From contig NC_058368.1 of NCBI RefSeq assembly GCF_018350175.1, positions 148,616,001 through 148,680,000 of the forward strand: a stretch of 64,000 bases of DNA. The letters run 5' to 3'. Each line of letters starts with the position of its first letter. The stretch's first letter is position 1. The notes beneath the pieces are model-generated. The model saw only the letters and a program-made list of their open reading frames with translations. It did not search any database and was not told where the DNA came from. This document shows, in pieces, positions 52,388 to 64,000 of this stretch. The position numbers and the translations under genes were made by a program. Origin of the DNA: Felis catus. Taxonomy: Eukaryota.

Positions 52388-53358
52388 AGAGTGAAGGAAA
52401 CAATCAGCAAAAATAAAAGGCAACCATCGGAAGGGGAGAAGATATTTGCAAATGACACATCAAATAAAGGGTTAGTATACAAAATCTATAAAGAATGTAT
52501 CAAACTCAACACCCAAAAAACAAATAATCCAGTGAAAAAAATGGGCAAAAGACATGAATAGAAACTTCTCCAGGAAAATATCCAGATAGCCAACCGACAC
52601 ATGAAAAAATGCTCCACATCACTCATCATCAGGGAAATACAAATCAAAGCCACAATAAAATACCACTTCACACCTGTCAGAATGGTTAACGCTAACAACA
52701 CAGGTAATAAGAGATGTTAGCAAGGATGTGGAGAAAAAGGATCTCTTCTGCACTGCTGGTGGGAATGCAAACTGGTGCATCCACTCTGGAAAACAGTATG
52801 GAGGTTCCTCAAAACAATTAAAAATAGAACTATCCTACACACCAGCAATTGCAGTACTAGCTATTTATCCAAAGGATACAGGTATGCTGTTTTGAAGGGG
52901 CACATGCACCCCAATGTTTATAGCAGCACTATCAACAATAACCAAAGGGTGGAATATATATATATACAATGAAGTATTAGTTGGCAATCTAAAAGAATGA
53001 AATCTTGACATTTGCAACTACGTGGGTGGAACTAGAGGGTATTATGCTAAGTGAAATTAGTTAGAGAAAGACAAATATCATACGACTTCACTCATATGAT
53101 GACTTTTAGATACAAAACAGATGAACATAAGGGAAGGGAAGCAAAAATAATATAAAAAACAGGGAGAGAGACAAAAATATAAGAGACTCTTAAATATGGA
53201 GAACAAACAGAAGGTTACTGGAGGGGTTGTAGGAGGGGGATGGGCTAAATGGGTAAGGGGCATTAAGGAATCTACTTCTGAAATTATTGTTGCACTATAT
53301 GCTAACTAACTTAAATGTAAATTAAAAAAAATAAATCAAATAAAATTTTTAAAAAAGA
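52388..53358 (+). mobile_element. 5'-truncated carnivore L1 (ORF2 3' end plus 3'UTR and A tail)
   Basis: ORF 52367..52561 KETISKNKRQPSEGEKIFAND; 3'UTR ends gctaactaacttaaatgtaaatt plus A-rich tail. Confidence 0.92.
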
Positions 53359-55771
53359 AAGAAAAAATTTATTTTGTATGATATTAATATAGTCATACCA
53401 AGTATCTTTTTATTACTATTTGCATGGAATATATTGTCTTACAATTAACCATTGCTTATACTTGGCCTTTCTTTCTAATATGGCACACAACACCTCTTAC
53501 ACATAAAATAAAATCCTTTGAGTATGTGTGATATACTGACTAGTGTACTAAGTATTGCAAAAATCTCATCTCTGCCATCAAAGAATTCAAAGCTTAATGT
53601 AGAGAAAAATAAACAATACTTTTTTAAATCTCTTAATGAACAACCTGGAGGATGAATTTATGTAGGGAGAAACTAGTAAAAAAATTAGTACAGAAGCCTA
53701 ATATATAATATCTGATCTATATTGGTTTTGGAAAAGAATTTTAGAAAGACCACATTATTTTCTACTCGTACAAGCTAATTACTTAATATAGATTAAACCA
53801 AGAAAGACCCTGAAATTCTCCTACTACATAACCCCAACATTAAATATATGCTATATACACATAGTGACTTAATTTACAGATCATTTTTCTTCTCTTTAAG
53901 GATTAAATAACACATAGAATTGTTCATAATTTAATTTTATGACCATTATTAATAGCAGAAGTATTTTAACTAACTTTCTAAGTATTTACTCTACATCAAG
54001 TCCAATTGACTTAAATACTTATGAATAAAGTATTGCATATTGTAGACTTTTAAAGGTCACCTTTGACCACTCTGACAATGTTCTGCATAGAAATTCTGAT
54101 ACTTTTAAATGAGTTTACATATATGTTTTAAATTTTTAATTCAAATATCTAAATAGAGAAGTACTTTAATTAAAATAACATTTTTATTATCTAAAAGCTA
54201 TGCCAAAATCACAGATTTTCTTTGGACGACACATACATTTATCTTTTATAATATGTTCTGATATGATGAATGAATGATTAAGGCCAAAACTTATTATGTT
54301 TTCCATAGAATACAGTCATTTATCTGTCTCTTACCAGTAAAAATATTCCATTTTTGAGTGAAGAAATTTATAACATGATGTGTTGAAATAGCTAGCATAA
54401 ATATAGCTCCCATTTTATTTAGATGTCATGTTCTGGAATTTTTAATTTATCTTGACAGTTACTATAGATGATATGAACAAACAGTCTTGAAGTGAAAATC
54501 ACTAAGAGTTTATCTACATAAAATGTAATAGAGGGTATACTTTGAGAATAGTGGTAGTGAACTGTGGAATCTCTCACTTTGGGGTCAAGGGCATAGCTGC
54601 TTTTTCTTCTTTTTTTTTTCCTTTCTTAGATACTCTAGATATTTGACTTATATTCAGTGATCGATCCAAAATGAATTGTTTTGGGTTATTTCCTGATAGT
54701 AGATATTTATGTCTTAAGAGATATTTATCTGATAAAAAGTAATTAAATTCCTGTTGACCATTTTGGTGTGTGCACATAGAACAGCTTCTGATTTATTAAA
54801 ACTCTACTTCCTTTACAGATAAGGAAAAAAGTTTGAGTATTACTCTGACAAGTTTTGCTTAATTATAGTGCTTATGTTTTCAACTTACAGGCATGTTACA
54901 AATATAAAATTTCACTTAAAATTGTTTGTTTCCCTATACTTATGTTAGATGTGCATGATAAATCTATACAAGTGTATCATTAAAAAATATATATCCTCTC
55001 AGCTGTATTTTGTTATATTCTATAAATTCAAAGTGTTTTATTCTTCAGTATTATATAGTGTCATGAAGTCATAAGAGAACTGGGGATCAAGGACTTCAAG
55101 TTCAATATATGTATCAAAGGAAATACTCTAATACTGGGAAAGTAACTGAAACTCATTGATTGTACAGAAATGCACTTTTCAAATTTAATTATGAAACTCA
55201 TTGTCAGATAATAAAAAATATTTTTTCCACTTACAGAATAAAAACCAATTCAGAAACACATGCAATTTATAAAAACAATTATAATGCTATCTGAGCCATA
55301 ATATATGATTTTGTAGGTTATACAGAGATTTAATAGAAACAAGTACATAATAATGTATACATAATTTAAAACATTTTGCTTTTGTGTTCTTCATCCTATT
55401 CTTAAACTGATAGCAGATAGAATAAAGTGGTAAATTTAGGTGGTGCTTAATTATTTGTAAGTAAGTCTCTTGCATCTATCGAATTATTATTGTATTGAAA
55501 AATGGTCAACAAGAATTTTATTACTTTACTATAAGAGGAACATATGTATATATAAAGCTAGGTATTTGAAATAATTCACTGTAGATGATCATTGACCATT
55601 TTACATGTTAGTTTGAAACATCAAAGAAATTACTTCATGTTAGTTATTCAGAATAATATTTTAAAAGAGACAATATATTTGAGTAATCACCAAAAATTAG
55701 ATAAATTACATTAACAATGAAATATGGCGTAAATGTATTAAAGTCTGTCAATGCAAAAATAAAGATAATCA

Positions 55772-57425
55772 GATACTCTACATGGAAAATCCAAAAGACT
55801 CCACCAAAAATCTGCTAGAACTGATATGTGAATTCAGCTTAGTCTCAGGATATAAAATCAATGTACAGAAACCGGTTGCATTTCTATCCACCAATAATGA
55901 AGCTGCAAAAAAACAAATCAAGGAATTTATCCCATTTACAATTTGCACCAAAAACCATAAGATACCTAGGAATAAACCTAACCAGAGTGGTAAAAGATCT
56001 GTATGTTGAAAACTATGGAAAACTTATGAAAGAAACTGAAGAAGACAAGGAAATGGAAACACATTTCATGCTCATAGATTGGAAGAACAAATGTGAAAAT
56101 GTCTATACTACCCAAGGCAATATACATATTCAATGCAATCCTTACCAAAATAACACCAGCATTCTTCACATAGTTATGACAAATAATCCTAAAATTTGTA
56201 TGAAACCAGAAAAGGCCCTGTATAACCAAATTAATCTTGAAAAAGCAAAGCAAAGCTGGAGGCATCACAATTCTGGACTTAAGTTGTATTATAAAGCTAT
56301 AATCACCAAGACAGTGTGGTACTGGCACAAAAAACAGACACATAGACCAATGGAACAGAATAGAGAACCCAGAAATGGACCCACAAACGTATGGCCATCT
56401 AATCATTGACAAAGCAGGAAGGAGTATCCAATGAGAAAAAGACATTCTCTTCAGCAAATGGTGCTGGAAAAACTGGACAACAGCATGCAGAAGAATAAAT
56501 CTGGACCACTTTTTACATTATACACAAAAATAAACTCAAGATGGATGAAAGACCTAAGTGTAAGACAGGAAACCATCAAAATCCTACAAAAGAAAACAGG
56601 CAGCAATCTCTTTGACCTAGGCTGCAGCAACTTACTATACATGTCTCAGGAGGCAAGAAAATAAAAACAAAATGAACTGTTGGGACCTCATCAAGATAAA
56701 AAGCTTCTGCACAGCACAGGAAACAATCAACAACCAAAAGGTAACAGACAAAATGGTAGAAGATGTTTGCAAATGACATAGTGGATAAAGGCTTAGTATC
56801 CCAAATCTATAAAGAACTTATCAAACTCAACACCCGAAAGACAAATAATCCGATAAAGAAATGGGCAGAAGACATAAATATAAACTTTACTGAAGCAGAC
56901 ATTCACATGACTAACAGACATGATAAGATGGTCAACATCACTCATCATCAGGGAAATACAAATCAAACCGCAATGAGATGTCTCCTCACACCTCCGACAA
57001 TGGCTGAAATGAACAACCCAGGCAACAACAGATGTTGGCAAGGATGCAGAGAAACAGGAACCCTTTGCACTGTTGATGAAAATGCAAACTGGTACAGCCA
57101 CTCTGGAGAACAGTATGTAGAACATATGATTTCACTCACAGATGGAATTTAGGAAACAAAACAGATGAACATAAGGGAAGGGAAGGAAAAATAACATAAA
57201 AGCAGAGAGGGAGGCAAACAATAAGAGACTCTTAAATACAGAGAACCAACTGAGGGTTGCTGGAGGGTGTTGGGTGAGGGATGGGCTAAATGGGTGATGG
57301 GCAGTAAGAAGGGCGTCTGTTGGCATGAGCACTGCATGTTATATGTAAATGTTGAATCATTGGGTTCTACTCTTGAAACCAATACTACACTGTATGTTAA
57401 CTAACTTGACTTTAAATTTAAAAAA
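55772..57425 (+). mobile_element. 5'-truncated L1, ORF2 pseudogene fragment with internal deletion plus 3'UTR
   Basis: ORF pieces [15 protein letters not shown]..., [38 protein letters not shown] in shifting frames. Confidence 0.93.
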
Positions 57426-57454
57426 TGATAAAGAAATTCTATCTTTTTAAAATT

Positions 57455-57672
57455 TATATATATACATATATATGTATATATATACATATATATTACATAT
57501 ATATATACATATACATATTACATATACATATACATATACATAATACATATACATATTACATATATATAATATATATGTATATATATTATATATATGTGTA
57601 TATATGTATATTATATATAATATATAATATACATATATATAATATATACATTATACATATATATACATACAT
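57455..57672. repeat. Imperfect (TA/TACA)n tract
   Basis: Seen directly, just after the L1 tail. Confidence 0.92.
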
Positions 57673-59255
57673 TTAAAATATGTTATATTTTAAAGTAATA
57701 TATTACAAGAAAAGGAGTTATATATTTGGATAGCACTCAAATAAATTCTGTTACATTTTAGTTTTATAAACTTTTCTTTTGCATGGTATACCACATGAAA
57801 AATTATAGTCTCTCTTTTCTTCCTGAATACCATCCTTTGAGATAAGCATTCTCAATACCATCATTCTATAGATAATACAACCCAGATGCTAAGAACCTAA
57901 GTAACCTCTATAAGTTTATGTACCATATAAGCACTAATGCCAATATAAAGTTAGGATTCTAATTATGAGTTTTTAGTATTTATGAGCTATGTGATCTTTA
58001 ATATTTACTTTAGTATTTCATTATTGTTTTTTTTAAAAGCAAATCATGTCAGTAGTGATTTGTTCAGAATTTTTAAAATATACCTGTACAAAATAATCTT
58101 CCCTCCTTGTTTTATTTGCTATCATTTTTATCTCTAACTGGCATGGTACAAATTAGTTTTTGCAAAAATATAAATTTGTATTTCATTGGCATGATACTAT
58201 GTATAGTCAGAAAAATATAGCTATAATAAATACATAATTGGGGGGAAAGTTCATCATCAGAAGAAAAGTGAGTATATTTTACCACCATTAATAAGAATAG
58301 TCAGTACCCTATGCTTACTGCTTCAGTAAGTTGCATATATCAAGATGGATGAGAATATTACCTCCAACCAAATATTTTATCTCAAGTGTTTACAGGGCAA
58401 AGAAATTATGCTCTAAATAATGAAAAGCTTGTGCACATAATGGCCTCAACTGCCATTTGTACTAAGATTAGATTTATACTTGATGTAAGCAAGAGTTTCT
58501 GGTCATGCATCTGCAAACTCATTTGCACAGCAAAATATCTACAGGTGCAAAAGTTATACTAAAGTCGTATCCATGAACTTAGTTTCTATAAGACATTCCA
58601 AGGGGTAAAGGGAAAAATAACTTATTACCAAATAAGCATCATTACTCTGAGAAGAAAAGAATATTTCTATTAAAAAAAGCAAATTTTAAAGTAGAAAAAG
58701 TTTTCACTTATATTAACTCCTCATTTTTTAATGGAATAAAATTTTAAGATCAAGATTAGTATTTTTCCTCTCAAGCCAATTCTATTGAATAATTATGATG
58801 TTAGTCAAAACTGGTCAGCAAAAAACAGAAACTGTTTTGGATCCTCTGCTAAGATACAAGCATGTTGGTTGTGGGAAATCAACCCCCTAAAGACTGAGGC
58901 CTATCAAATTACTGAAGGTTTTAAATGTCCAATGTCTAAGGGCATACAGAAATACCTCATGCAAGATGAAGGGTAAATCAAGGCACCCCACACTATCTCC
59001 ACTGAAAAAGTATTTGGAAGACCTCCACATATTTTGAATCAAGCACATAATTCAGTTGGGAATACAGCTCAGCTTATTTATTAGATGTCTTGGAAGGTTT
59101 AAAAGAGCCAAAAATGTTTAAAAGAGCAAAATATGTGAGTTTGTAGTATACGATATCTTATCATTTAGACTATGTACAACAAAAGATTCCATAGTTCTGG
59201 AATTATCTGTGAAGATAAGGATGCTCTAGTTAACTTATAGCTCAATATATCTACA

Positions 59256-59316
59256 GATAGATAGATGGTAGATAGATGATATAGCTAGCTAGCTAGCTAG
59301 CTAGATAGATAGATAG
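59256..59316. repeat. Compound (GATA)n/(TAGC)n microsatellite
   Basis: Seen directly. Confidence 0.9.
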
Positions 59317-59989
59317 AAAGAACATATAATTTATTTTCTGGATACATTTGGGATTCTGGGTGGTGAAAAACTTATTGTGTTCAATTGGCTAGAAGCTAAC
59401 TAGAATAACATAAAATTAGATTTAACAGAATAATTCTGTTCAAAGTCCTATAATATTAGAACTGAAAACAATTAGAGATCCTCCTAACTGAACCTTTCAT
59501 TTTAGAATTGTGGAAACAATTCTGGCTTACTTCTTCCCCAACCTGTAAACATTCTATCCTCTAATACCCAGCTCTATGATGATAGACAATATGGTAAAAT
59601 CCAAGCAATGGATAATGTAAAATTCATTCCACCTTTGCACTAAAAGGATTATCCCTTGAATGAAACAAAAGGGTGTGGCAATCTAAACTTAGAGAACAAA
59701 ATATAAAATGCACAAATTGACTGCCCTGAATATATTTTACATATTAATAATACATAACAAAAATGTCAATAACTTTGACAAAATGCAAATATAAAGTTGA
59801 AGAACCTGGGAAGTAGAAAGCAGGAAAAGGAAGAATCAAGTGATACTGGCTATGGGGAAAATATTAAGAAATACAGATTTATATGTTATATATATTTACA
59901 AAAGTGACCTATATGTAGTGGTAGTGTAGATGAGAGATGGTGTATGTGAGTGAGACCATCACATATTGTAGACAAAATCAAATCTTTTA

Positions 59990-62020
59990 TGTTGAGTCTC
60001 TGGCAATCCCTGACAGGAAAATTTCAGTGCAAAGCATAAAGAAGTCCCGTAAGTACTGAAAAACCTGACTATGGTGCATCAAATGTGTACATGACCATAG
60101 ATACACATCATGAAATGGATATTGTCTGATTACCATGTTATAAGGTGGGACTGGTACATTTGAACCCAGGCCTAAAAAGATATAAAGAACACAAAAGTGG
60201 TCTAGACCCCTTTGTCACTTGTCATTGACTCATCACTTGTCACTGACCTGACACCTCTCCTTAAGTTCACATCCATAGCTTTGTTGGGAGTAGTTATTAT
60301 TGTCATGGCCAGTTGACAGAAGAAGAAAATATTAGGGTTTTGTTCAGAAATGAGTTGGATAAATATGTTAACAAAGCAAAAATCAAGGGCTACTAGAAAC
60401 ACAGGAGTGGTCTTGAGAAACAGTGGTTAAAGGAAAGCTTCGTTGGGCAGATCTTCAAGCAGTCTACCTAGTTATCAATTTTGTGTGAAGAGATGGCCTT
60501 ATACAGGAATATACATAGAACCATGGGGGAAGTAACAGTTGGAATTGGAATAAAGATATATGGTGAAGAAGCATGTGAATTGAGTCCTGAGAGTGGGTAC
60601 AAAGTATGTGAATCTGCCACTCACATAAAGGCTCACCAGAAAGCATCCTTCACATAAAAGATACTAAACAACCAGGAAGACAGAATGGCATGTTCAGTGG
60701 AAGTCAGCCATCTTTTTTTCTATCATGCCAGTGAGAGCACAATGGATCCATGGATAGAGAAATCTGGAGGCAGAATATAGGGTCTGCATGGGACCAACAG
60801 GCTTGACTGCCAGTCACCACAACAGGTATAGCTATTGCTACTGCTGACTGAATAGTCAGCAACAGATACTGAAACTAGACCTTTCGTATGTTACTAAAGC
60901 TTGAGGAGACCAAGCTTGCCACTTTAGACAAGTTGATTAAATGGGATCCTTTCAATCCTAGAAGGGAATCATCGTGCTCTTATGGAGATCAACACATATC
61001 CAGATGCTATTATAAAGTGCCCACAGGTCCTTGGCTACCACTGTTACTATGTGCTCACAGAGGGTCTGATTTACCATTATCTCACCTTACCAGAGACCAA
61101 GGGACTCATTTTTTTGACAAAGGATATGTAACAATAGATAGATAATTCAAGTATCTTCTGGTCAAATCACATAGCAAGTAACCTGAAAACTGCTAACCTG
61201 ATTCAATGTTAGAATTACTTCTTTGACGCAGCTAATGTTCCAGCTAGGGATAAACCCCTGTCAGTCTATGGTTCTATATATGGTATATACTTGGCATTAA
61301 CAGCTACCAAATAATACTGTGTTCCCAACAGGCAGAATACACATGCCCAGGGATCAAAGAATTAAAGTAGGAGTGGTCTCTCTCTCCATGACTCCTGAAG
61401 ACCCTCTTGGGAGTCTGCACCTTCCATATATACATCTTCAGACTGAAGGGTTAGAGGTAAAATGTTTCCCAGAGGGATGGAAATCTTCTTTGAGAGAACA
61501 CAGCTACAGTTTACTACACCTATAAGTGTCACCTGAATAATTTAGGATTTCCATAAAGGCAAAGATATTAGTTACTATTATTGCAAAGGTAATTGATCCT
61601 GATTGCCCTTAATATATCTGATTGTTGTGATATAATGAGAACAATGAGTCCATACCACAAAGGATTTGCTGGTGATTCTCTCTCTTGTATTAATTATACA
61701 TGTGCAGTTGCAGCTACCACAGCCTAATAAGAAACAAGACCTTTACCAAAGCTCTTGAAGAAAGTAAGTTTTCACAGAAACCAAGAGCTTAAATTTCTTA
61801 GGAATGAAGTTGGTTGTTCTACTGGCCAAGTACCTGCACCAGCAAAACTAACAACCCAGAAAAGGAAGTCTAGAATGGATACTAGAGGAGAAACAATAGA
61901 GACTATATCTTATCCCACTAATATTTCTGTGGTTTTTTTCTTTTGAGTAACTATAACACAAAATCACTTTTTCAATGACAGTGAAGGATGGAAATGAATG
62001 GATGCTGAACTATGCAACAG
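59990..62020 (+). pseudogene. Decayed ERVL internal region (pol RNase H/integrase; ERV3-16A3-like)
   Basis: Hand translation: SLWQSL, IMKWILSD, QLTEEE (cf. QLTEEEKTRAWFTDGS), WADLQAVYLVINFV (cf. WAELRAVHLV), DQGTHF (integrase catalytic-D region); many stops. Confidence 0.8.
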
Positions 62021-62024
62021 TAAA

Positions 62025-62453
62025 TGCTACTGGTACTTTCTCTGCCTGTATCTACCTGGCACTCACATGTACATTCTGACTGAAGGCTTCTTAGTATAAG
62101 AAACTCTTACACACCTTTTTTATGGATATGGGAATTTGCTCTGCTTGCAAGCAAGGCTCAAGTCAGACTTTCTGGGGAGGTCAGTCATTCAAAAACAGTT
62201 CTGAAGAAGTTATGAAATGAGGAGTTTGAGAAATACCACAGCTCTCTTAATCCTTGACTGGGGAATCTCTGAGGCATATGCAAATTAATTTCCAGTGTAC
62301 CCTACCAAGATTGACATACAGTCATCCACAACACTAATTTGCTCAATAAAACATCTTTTATTGGAGTTCTCTTTCCTATCTCAGTTCCCCCCTCTTCCTT
62401 CTTCTATAAACTCCCAAATAAACCTCTTAAACTTAAATTCTATCTCATTGTCT
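62025..62453 (+). mobile_element. ERVL LTR (LTR16-like), probable 3' LTR of the preceding element
   Basis: aaataccacagctctc...tctctgaggcat...ctcccaaataaac...aaattctatctca resembles the LTR16 family. Confidence 0.65.
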
Positions 62454-62471
62454 TTTTTTTAAAATTTTTAA

Positions 62472-62473
<2 letters not shown>

Positions 62474-62513
<40 letters not shown>
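62474..62513. repeat. (AT)20 microsatellite at L1 tail
   Basis: Seen directly. Confidence 0.97.
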
Positions 62514-62515
<2 letters not shown>

Positions 62516-64000
62516 CAATATATGAAATTTATTGTCAAATTGGTTTCCATACAACACCCAGTGCTCATCCCAAAAGGTGCCCTCCTCAATACCCATCACC
62601 CACCCTCCCCTCCCTCCCACCCCCCATCAACCCTCAGTTTGTTCTCAGTTTTTAACAGTCTCTTATGCTTTGGCTCTCTCCCACTCTAACCTCTTTTTTT
62701 TTTTCCTTCCCCTCCCCTATGGGTTTCTGTTAAGTTTCTCAGGATCCACTTAAGAGTGAAAACATATGTTATCTGTCTTTCTCTGTATGGCTTATTTCAC
62801 TTAGCAACACACTCTCCAGTTCCATCCACGTTGCTACAAAGGGCCATATTTCGTTCTTTCTCATTGCCATGTAGTACTCCATTGTGTCTATAAACCACAA
62901 TTTCTTTATCCATTCATCAGTTGATGGACATTTAGGCTCTTCCCATAATTTGGCTATTGTTGAGAGTGCTGCTATAAACACTAGGGTACAAGTGCCCCTA
63001 TGCATCAGTACTCCTGTATCCCTTGGGTAAATTCCTAGCAGTGCTATTGCTGGGTCATAGGGTAGGTCTATTTTCGATTTTCTGAGGAACCTCCACACTG
63101 TTTTCCAGACTGGCTGCACCAAATTGCATTCCCACCAACAGTGCAAGAGGGTTCCCATTTCTCCACATCCTCTCCAGCATCTATAGTCTCCTGATTTGTT
63201 CATTTTGGCCACTCTGACTGGCATGAGGTGATATCTGAGTGTGGTTTTGATTTGTATTTCCCTCATGAGGAGCGACGTTGAGCATCTTTTCATGTGCCTG
63301 TTGGCCATCCGGATGTCTTCTTTAGAGAAGTGTCTATTCATGTTTTCTGCCTATTTCTTCACTGGGTTATTTGTTTTTCAGGTGTGGAGTTTGGTGAGCT
63401 CTTTATAGATTTTAGATACAAGCCCTTTGTCCGATATGTCATTTGCGAATATCTTTTCCCATTCCGTTGGTTGCCTTTTAGTTTTGTTGGTTGTTTCCTT
63501 TGCTGTGCAGAAACTTTTTATCTTCATAAGGTCCCAGTAATTCACTTTTGCTTTTAATTCCCTTGCCTTTGGGGATGTGTTGAGTAAGAGATTGCTACGG
63601 CTGAGGTCAGAGAGGTCTTTTCCTGCTTTCTCCTCTAGGGTTTTGATGGTTTCCTGTCTCACATTCAGGTCCTTTATCCATTTTGAGTTTATTTTTGTGA
63701 ATGGTGTGAGAAAGTGGTCTAGTTTCAACCTTCTGCATGTTGCTGTCCAGTTCTCCCAGCACCATTTGTTAAAGAGACTGTCTTTTTTCCATTGGATGTT
63801 TTTTCCCACTTTGTCAAAGATGAGTTGGCCATACGTTTGTGGTCTAGTTCTAGGGTTTCTATTCTATTCCATTGGTCTATGTGTCTGTTTTTGTGCCAAT
63901 ACCATGCTGTCTTGATGATGACAGCTTTGTAGTAGAGGCTAAAGTCTGGGATTGTGATGCCTCCTGCTTTGGTCTTCTTCTTCAAAATTACTTTGGCTAT
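62513..64000 (-). mobile_element. Young cat-type L1 (3'UTR and ORF2 C-terminal part), runs off the window; ORF2 frameshifted
   Basis: ORFs 63725..63985, 63378..63809 and 62769..63341 give consecutive L1 ORF2 sequence, including the cysteine-rich motif [19 protein letters not shown], split across frames. Confidence 0.96.

Noticed and set aside
54595..54660. Strong polypyrimidine tract plus AG (possible acceptor near 54629)
   Set aside because: All three frames stop within about 10 codons and no convincing donor follows.
60212..60248. Short repeat tcacttgtca around a tgactca AP-1 motif
   Set aside because: Short motifs inside decayed ERVL sequence are expected by chance.
62769..63985. Long ORFs as an active L1 or host gene
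   Set aside because: They are consecutive L1 ORF2 pieces in different frames, so ORF2 is disrupted.

Overview
AT-rich, CpG-poor mammalian genomic DNA from a carnivore, almost certainly a felid, judged from the many tRNA-derived Can-SINEs of cat type and cat-type L1 3' ends. I find no credible host protein-coding exon, RNA gene or CpG-island promoter, so this looks like intergenic DNA or a large intron. The only recognisable protein-like ORFs in the track are broken L1 ORF2 pieces; decayed ERVL pol motifs can also be read by eye. The window is a mosaic of about 25 Can-SINEs, young and old L1 fragments, L2/MIR relics, MaLR/ERV1/ERVL LTRs and microsatellites. I see no evidence of a new gene system. 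The most notable structure is an 87-bp insert at 37786-37872. It is flanked by a perfect 15-bp direct repeat and contains an exact 69-bp copy of a hairpin-forming, YY1-motif-bearing sequence 1.7 kb downstream (39508-39576), consistent with a locally templated insertion. Also notable are a solo LTR inserted inside a SINE's target-site duplication and a perfect 52-bp tandem duplication. Subfamily names come from remembered consensus sequences, not a database search, and boundaries of old elements are approximate.
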